NCBI GenBank assembly: GCA_038087875.1
Contig: JAXLNO010000213.1
Span: 1 to 63,950, forward strand
DNA length: 63,950 bases
Origin: Malacoraja senta
Taxonomy: Eukaryota
Direction of reading: 5' to 3'
Under the pieces are notes generated by a model, which made no database searches, was not told the origin of the DNA, and saw only the letters and a program-made list of their open reading frames with translations. Both the position numbers and the translations under genes were made by a program. This document shows positions 8,413-63,950 of this stretch, one piece after another; position 1 is the first letter of the stretch; every line of letters begins with the position of its first letter.

Positions 8413-11230
8413 TATTATTTTTTTTTTTTGAAAATATTTTTTATTGGAGATACGTACACAACCTAGTTACATCATTACAGTCTTACATTTTTAAATTGAT
8501 AATATTGTCAATTATTATTACATTGTCTCCAATACCTTTTGCCTTTTAAAAAAAACTAAATAGAACTAAAGAGAAAGATGAAGTAAAGAAAGAAAAGAAA
8601 GAGAAGAAAAACAAAAACAAAAACAAAAAAAAACAAAAACAAAAACAAAAAAAACAAAAAATAAAAAATAAAAAATAAATAAAAAATAAAAATAAAAAAA
8701 ACAGAGAAATTTTATTCACTGTGTCCTTTGTGTTATACCCGTGTATTTCCGGATGCCCCCTGACTCTTTCTGCAAGTGGCTCAATAGCAAGCGCAAATAA
8801 TAATGGAGATAACGGGCATCCTTGTCTACAACCTCTAGATAGGCTAAATTTAGATGACAACCTTTGGTTTGTAAATATTCTAGCCGTGGGATTTGTATAT
8901 AACAGTTTTATCCATGTACAGAATTTCTCCCCTAGCTGCATATTTTCCATCACCGAAAATAATTAAGACCATTCGACCTGATCAAATGCTTTTTCAGCGT
9001 CAAGTGAGATTATTGCTAGATCTTCATTAATAATTCTCTTGGAATATATAATATTAAATAATCTTCTTAGATTATAATATGAGCACCGTTTCTGAATAAA
9101 GCCTGTTTGGTCAGGGTGTATTAATTTATTCATCACTGTACTTAATCTATGCGCTAGTATTTTAGTTAATATTTTCTGATCTGTATTTAAAAGTGCAATT
9201 GCTCTATATGATCCCGGGTCTTCCGGATCTTTATCAGCTTTAGGGATAAGTGTTATTATAGATTCATTTAAAGTGTCTGGAAGTTTCTGTTGAGTATAGA
9301 TATACTCATACAGTCTTTGTAAACGTGGGCAAAGCAAATCATAATTTTTTTTATAAAATTCGGAGCCTAAACCATCTGGTCCTACTGCTTTACCATTTTT
9401 TAAAGAGCCAATAGACTCCTCAATATCTTTTATCGTAATCTCCCTTTCTAATAATTCTCTATCGTTTGAATCTAAACCTTTTAAATTACATTTTAGTAAA
9501 AAATCTGCTATTCCTTCTGATTGTACTACGGTTTTAGTTGAATAAAGGTTATGATAGTATTGGAGAAATCTATCATTTATGTCCTTGGGCATTTTTAATA
9601 ATTCTCCTGTCTCTGTTCTAATTTTATGAATTATTTTTTCCCCTTCCATTTTTCGTAACTGACGTGCTAATAGTTTTTGTGGTTTGTCTCCAAATTCAAA
9701 ATGTAATTGTTTGGTTTTTTAATAAAGTTTTATTACTTGTTCTGAATACATTTTATTTAATTTATATTTCAATACAGCAATTTTATTATGTTTTAAAATA
9801 GATGGCATTCTCGCATTTTCTATATCTAGTTGCTTGATTTCACTTTCCAATGTTTGTTGCTTAATCCTGTTCTCTTTATTATAAAATGCTTGAGCGGAAA
9901 TTAATGTACCTCGAACAAACGCTTTAAACGTTTCCCACATAAGAGAAGTAGGTGTGTCAGGGTTGTCATTTACCTCAAAAAATATTTGAATCTGTTTAAT
10001 AATATATTCCTGGCATGATCTTTCGTTCAAAATTTGTGGGTTAAATCTCCAATATGTTTGTTTCTCGGACATTCCATTTAATTTAATCATGAATGTTACA
10101 GGTGCATGATCTGAGATTATAATGTTATGGTATTTTGAATTATAAATAAATGGGATAAACGTAGAGTCAACTAAAAAATAATCTATTCTTGAGTATGTTT
10201 TATGTACTGGTGAGTAAAATGAATATTCCCGTCCAGTTGGGTTTTCTATTCTCCAGACATCCTTAATATTAGTGGTATTAATAAATGAATTTAGAAATAC
10301 ACTTGATTGAGATTTTACTTTTTTTTGCCTTGATGATCTATCTAAGTATGAATCTAATGTACAATTGAAGTCTCCGCCAATTATTAATTTATATTGTGTA
10401 AATTCAGGAATTTTATTAAATGTTTTATTAAAAAACATGGGGTTATCAAAGTTAGGCCCATATACATTAAGAAGAATCACTTTTTCTCCATTTAACTCTC
10501 CAACTAATATAATATATCTACCATCAATATCCACTGTTGTTGAAGAGTTCGTAAAAGGTATTCCTTTACGAATTAATATTGCAACTCCTCTGGACTTATG
10601 GGAAAAAGAGGAATGATATGATTCAGCGATCCACTTAGCTTTAAGTCTATGTTGAGATTCCTTTTTAAGGTGTGTTTCTTGGAGAATATTATATCTGTTT
10701 TGATTAAGTTTAGATGTGCCAAAACTTTACCTCTCTTAATTGGTTCATTGATTCCCTTGACATTCCAACTACAAAATGTTATTCCCTGACCCCCTCTTGT
10801 CATATTAACATCTTGCATATTGTTTCTAAGGTGGTCTATAACCGAGCAGAAGGTACAACACATAAAACCTGACCCTGCTACCGAACTTCAGATAGATGAA
10901 TTTAAAATCATATACATCGCTCTTCCGAACACATCTCCTTGTATTAGACTTGTTTTCCATTCAAACATTAAGTTATAAAAATATTTAAAGTGAAAAAAGT
11001 GATAGAATTGATTAGTAAAGGGTGAAAGAAAAATAACTACATCTACAATTAGTGTAGTTAGTGATAGCCACACTAACGTGGCTAGAATTCTAAAGACTTC
11101 CGTAGCCTTTGTAAGAAAAAAAATTCCCAGCTCCGTGCCTTACAGCAGATAATACAATAATATTAACGTTCTGATCTTGAGAATATCACATTTTTGTATT
11201 TTCAAAGCAGTCTGGGTGTTTATTACTATT
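8413..11230 (-). mobile_element. 5'-truncated, internally deleted L1-clade LINE
   Basis: On the minus strand: AT-rich upstream linker, ORF2 endonuclease plus partial RT, T-rich 3' UTR, AATAAA (8445-8440) and A12 tail (8429-8418). No ORF1 and no target-site duplication seen. The 5' end is approximate. Confidence 0.85.
8701..10818 (-). pseudogene. L1 ORF2 (APE endonuclease + N-terminal RT), disrupted
   Basis: SWNVKGIN, LLNVYGPN, IIGGDFN, YSRIDYF, ISDHAPV, KAVGPDG, YRAIALLNTDQKILTKILA, SLDAEKAFDQVEW and GCRQGCPLSPLLFALAIEPL are present. Frameshifts near 10680 and 9720, a nonsense codon at 8963-8965, and the sequence ends at KISL before YADD. Confidence 0.92.
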
Positions 11231-11234
11231 TCCG

Positions 11235-11615
11235 TCACAACGGTCAATTTTGTAATTAGCTACAATTAAATAACTAACTAATTATATGCTTTAATTTCAG
11301 GTCATCCAAGTAAGATTGTTTTATATTTGTTTCGGAATGCTTCAATCTATGATAACTGAAAATTTCATTCAGTTCCCTTAATTTTTAAGAAAGTTATGGG
11401 CTTTTGACTGTCCTCGATCACAGCTTTTGTGTTAAGTCAATGGAAAAGCATAGGGATTAGATGCTAATTTCCGAGTATGAAAATGGCCATAAATTTTTTA
11501 ATACCGAAGATATGAAAGTGAATTAGGTGCCAAATTAAAATTCTTTTAATGCTTTATCTGATGGGATAAATTGCAGACTTGATTTTTAAATATCAAAATA
11601 ATGTAACATTGCTAC
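11235..11615. mobile_element. Possible non-autonomous DNA-transposon fragment
   Basis: AT-rich non-coding block between two LINEs, ending ...gtaacattgcta (TAGCAATG on the minus strand, resembling a hAT-like terminus). The matching second terminus is not seen. Confidence 0.25.
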
Positions 11616-11659
11616 AAAAGGAGGCTACAGATTTTTGGTTTTTGAGTAGAGCTACCACT

Positions 11660-12453
11660 TGTGGGAAATGTTGATTTTATGTCTGGCTGCAGCAGCTTTG
11701 AAACCCTGCGTGTCACCAGAAAGAGGAATCCAGGCGAAACATCTGACAATATACTTGGTGCCACACTTGAAGAAACCAAACAAACTAAGTATCATGGCAT
11801 CAAATTGCAGAATGATCTGCGTTGGAATGGTCAGGCTCATCATGCAACGGTGAAAGCAACAGGTGTCCTAAATTTTCTGAGGCGCAACTTTCATCATTGT
11901 TCAACTTCTGTCAAGGAGAAGCTATACTTCACCCTCGTTAGACCTCATTTGGGCTACGCAGTTGCAGCATGGGACCCATACACAAATAAAATCATTTCTT
12001 CCATCGAACGTGTCCAAAGACAGGCAGCTCGATTTGTTACTAACACCTATGAGAGAGAAGCGAGTGTTACCAAACTTCTGAATTCACTGCGGTGGAACCC
12101 TCGCCAAGACAGACGTCAAGCTCACCGTTTGCCTGTTTTTTTACAAAATGTTAAATGGTCAGCTCGACATAGATTACAAGACCTACACCAAACTCAAACC
12201 AATTAGGAACAGACGAGGGCATTCGATCCAATTTGAGATTCCAGCTACCAAGACAGATGTTTACAACAATTCGTTCTTCCCCCGCACAATTAAAGCATGG
12301 AATAATCTTCAACCTACCATAGTTACCCAACCAGATACAAATTTAAGGTGGCTCTTTCTTCCCAAAAACCCTTTCTGGCTTAAGTCCTCCCTCCACCACC
12401 TCCAGTTTAAATTCCATTTGGAATATTTTGGAGGACCAAGAAACCAAGAAACC

Positions 12454-12456
<3 letters not shown>
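11660..12456 (+). mobile_element. 3' fragment of a CR1-group (L2/Crack/Daphne-like) non-LTR retrotransposon ORF2 with 3' UTR
   Basis: KYHGI..DLRWN, LNFLRRNF, LYFTLVRPHL.YA.AAWDPY, IERVQRQAARFV and NSFFPRTIKAWNNL are present, with a frameshift near 12140. A 3' hairpin at ~12400-12433 is followed by an (ACCAAGA)3-like tail. Confidence 0.85.
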
Positions 12457-12508
<52 letters not shown>

Positions 12509-12512
12509 GTTG

Positions 12513-12568
<56 letters not shown>
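12457..12568. repeat. (TAT)n microsatellite with a short TGT patch
   Basis: Seen directly. Confidence 0.97.
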
Positions 12569-12833
12569 GGCTTGATGGTAGAAAACGGATCCCCACAGCC
12601 AATTTAAACGATGACAGAAGTACAAGATGAGGAGTGATACCAGGAAGATAAATTAATGGAGAGTCTGATGCCATTTGGAGTGCAATTCCTTCTTATTTTC
12701 GAGTCCATCTTGCTACAATGATTGACGTCGCTGTCATGTCGGTCCTGAACAGGACGCAAGCATCCGGCGACAATCAGTGGCAGCCACCACTTGTTGCAAT
12801 AGATGATGGTGGTAGCGGGTCCATGCAGCGGTA

Positions 12834-29093
<16,260 letters not shown>

Positions 29094-29293
29094 NNNNNNN
29101 NNNNNNNNNNNNNNNNNNNNNNNNNNNNNNNNNNNNNNNNNNNNNNNNNNNNNNNNNNNNNNNNNNNNNNNNNNNNNNNNNNNNNNNNNNNNNNNNNNNN
29201 NNNNNNNNNNNNNNNNNNNNNNNNNNNNNNNNNNNNNNNNNNNNNNNNNNNNNNNNNNNNNNNNNNNNNNNNNNNNNNNNNNNNNNNNNNNNN
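29094..29293. other. Assembly gap (200 N)
   Basis: Exactly 200 Ns, a round number typical of a fixed-size scaffolding gap. Confidence 0.98.
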
Positions 29294-29532
29294 ATCATCC
29301 CCAATCAGTACCCCGTTCCTGCCTTCTCCCCATATCCCCTGACTCCGCTATCTTTAAAAGCCTTATTAGCTCTCTCTTGAAAGTATCCAGAGAACCGTCC
29401 TCCACCGCCCACTGAGGCAGAGAATTCCACAGACTCACCACTCTCTGGGTGAAAAAGTGTTTCCTCGTCTCCGTTCTAAATGGCTTACCTCTTATTCTTA
29501 AACTGTGCGTGGCCCCTGGTTCTGGACTCCCC
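29294..29532 (-). mobile_element. CR1 LINE ORF2 C-terminal fragment
   Basis: The minus strand translates (with small indels) GESRTRGH..LRIRGKPFRTETRKHFFTQRVVSLWNSLPQ..GYGEKAGTGY, the typical CR1 ORF2 end. Confidence 0.85.
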
Positions 29533-29689
29533 GTTCACCTAAAGTATTAGTCTCAGTACTTCTTAAATGTGGTGACAGTCAGTGCGACAACCATCCTCTC
29601 AGGAATTGCACTGGCCCCGTTGCAGAAGCGTCCACGTCGCGGGGCTGGAAACTGGAAGTATCCCGAGCTAGTTCTGCTACCACCATCAT

Positions 29690-63950
<34,261 letters not shown>

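Noticed and set aside
12148..12630. ORFs with poly-Tyr or poly-Asn
   Set aside because: They are read-through from a LINE fragment into the (TAT)n microsatellite.

Overview
Gene-free vertebrate repeat DNA. The repeat repertoire suggests a cartilaginous fish such as a skate or ray (inference only). Bases 1-12.8 kb are a pile of decayed mobile elements: LINE/SINE 3' ends, a degenerate Penelope-type hammerhead motif, a minus-strand Helitron (CTAG end, hairpin, PIF1 remnant), a nearly full-length but dead DIRS tyrosine-recombinase retrotransposon, a CR1 ORF1 esterase fragment, a young L1 ORF2 with an internal deletion, and a CR1-group LINE 3' end. About 78% of the window is one tetranucleotide-based satellite: (GTAA)n at 12834-29093, then a 200-N gap and a 1-kb CR1/Rex1 spacer, then the reverse-complement (TTAC)n from 30367 to the end. 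The satellite is highly structured. Its 4-mers form 8- and 12-bp units that change by single substitutions in ordered blocks, and these blocks are duplicated at about 1.2-6.5 kb scales. The right array grows directly out of a Rex1 LINE tail. The inverted orientation across the gap may be a scaffolding error. I found no intact gene and no protein-coding novel system. The most interesting signal is the satellite's origin and mutational grammar.
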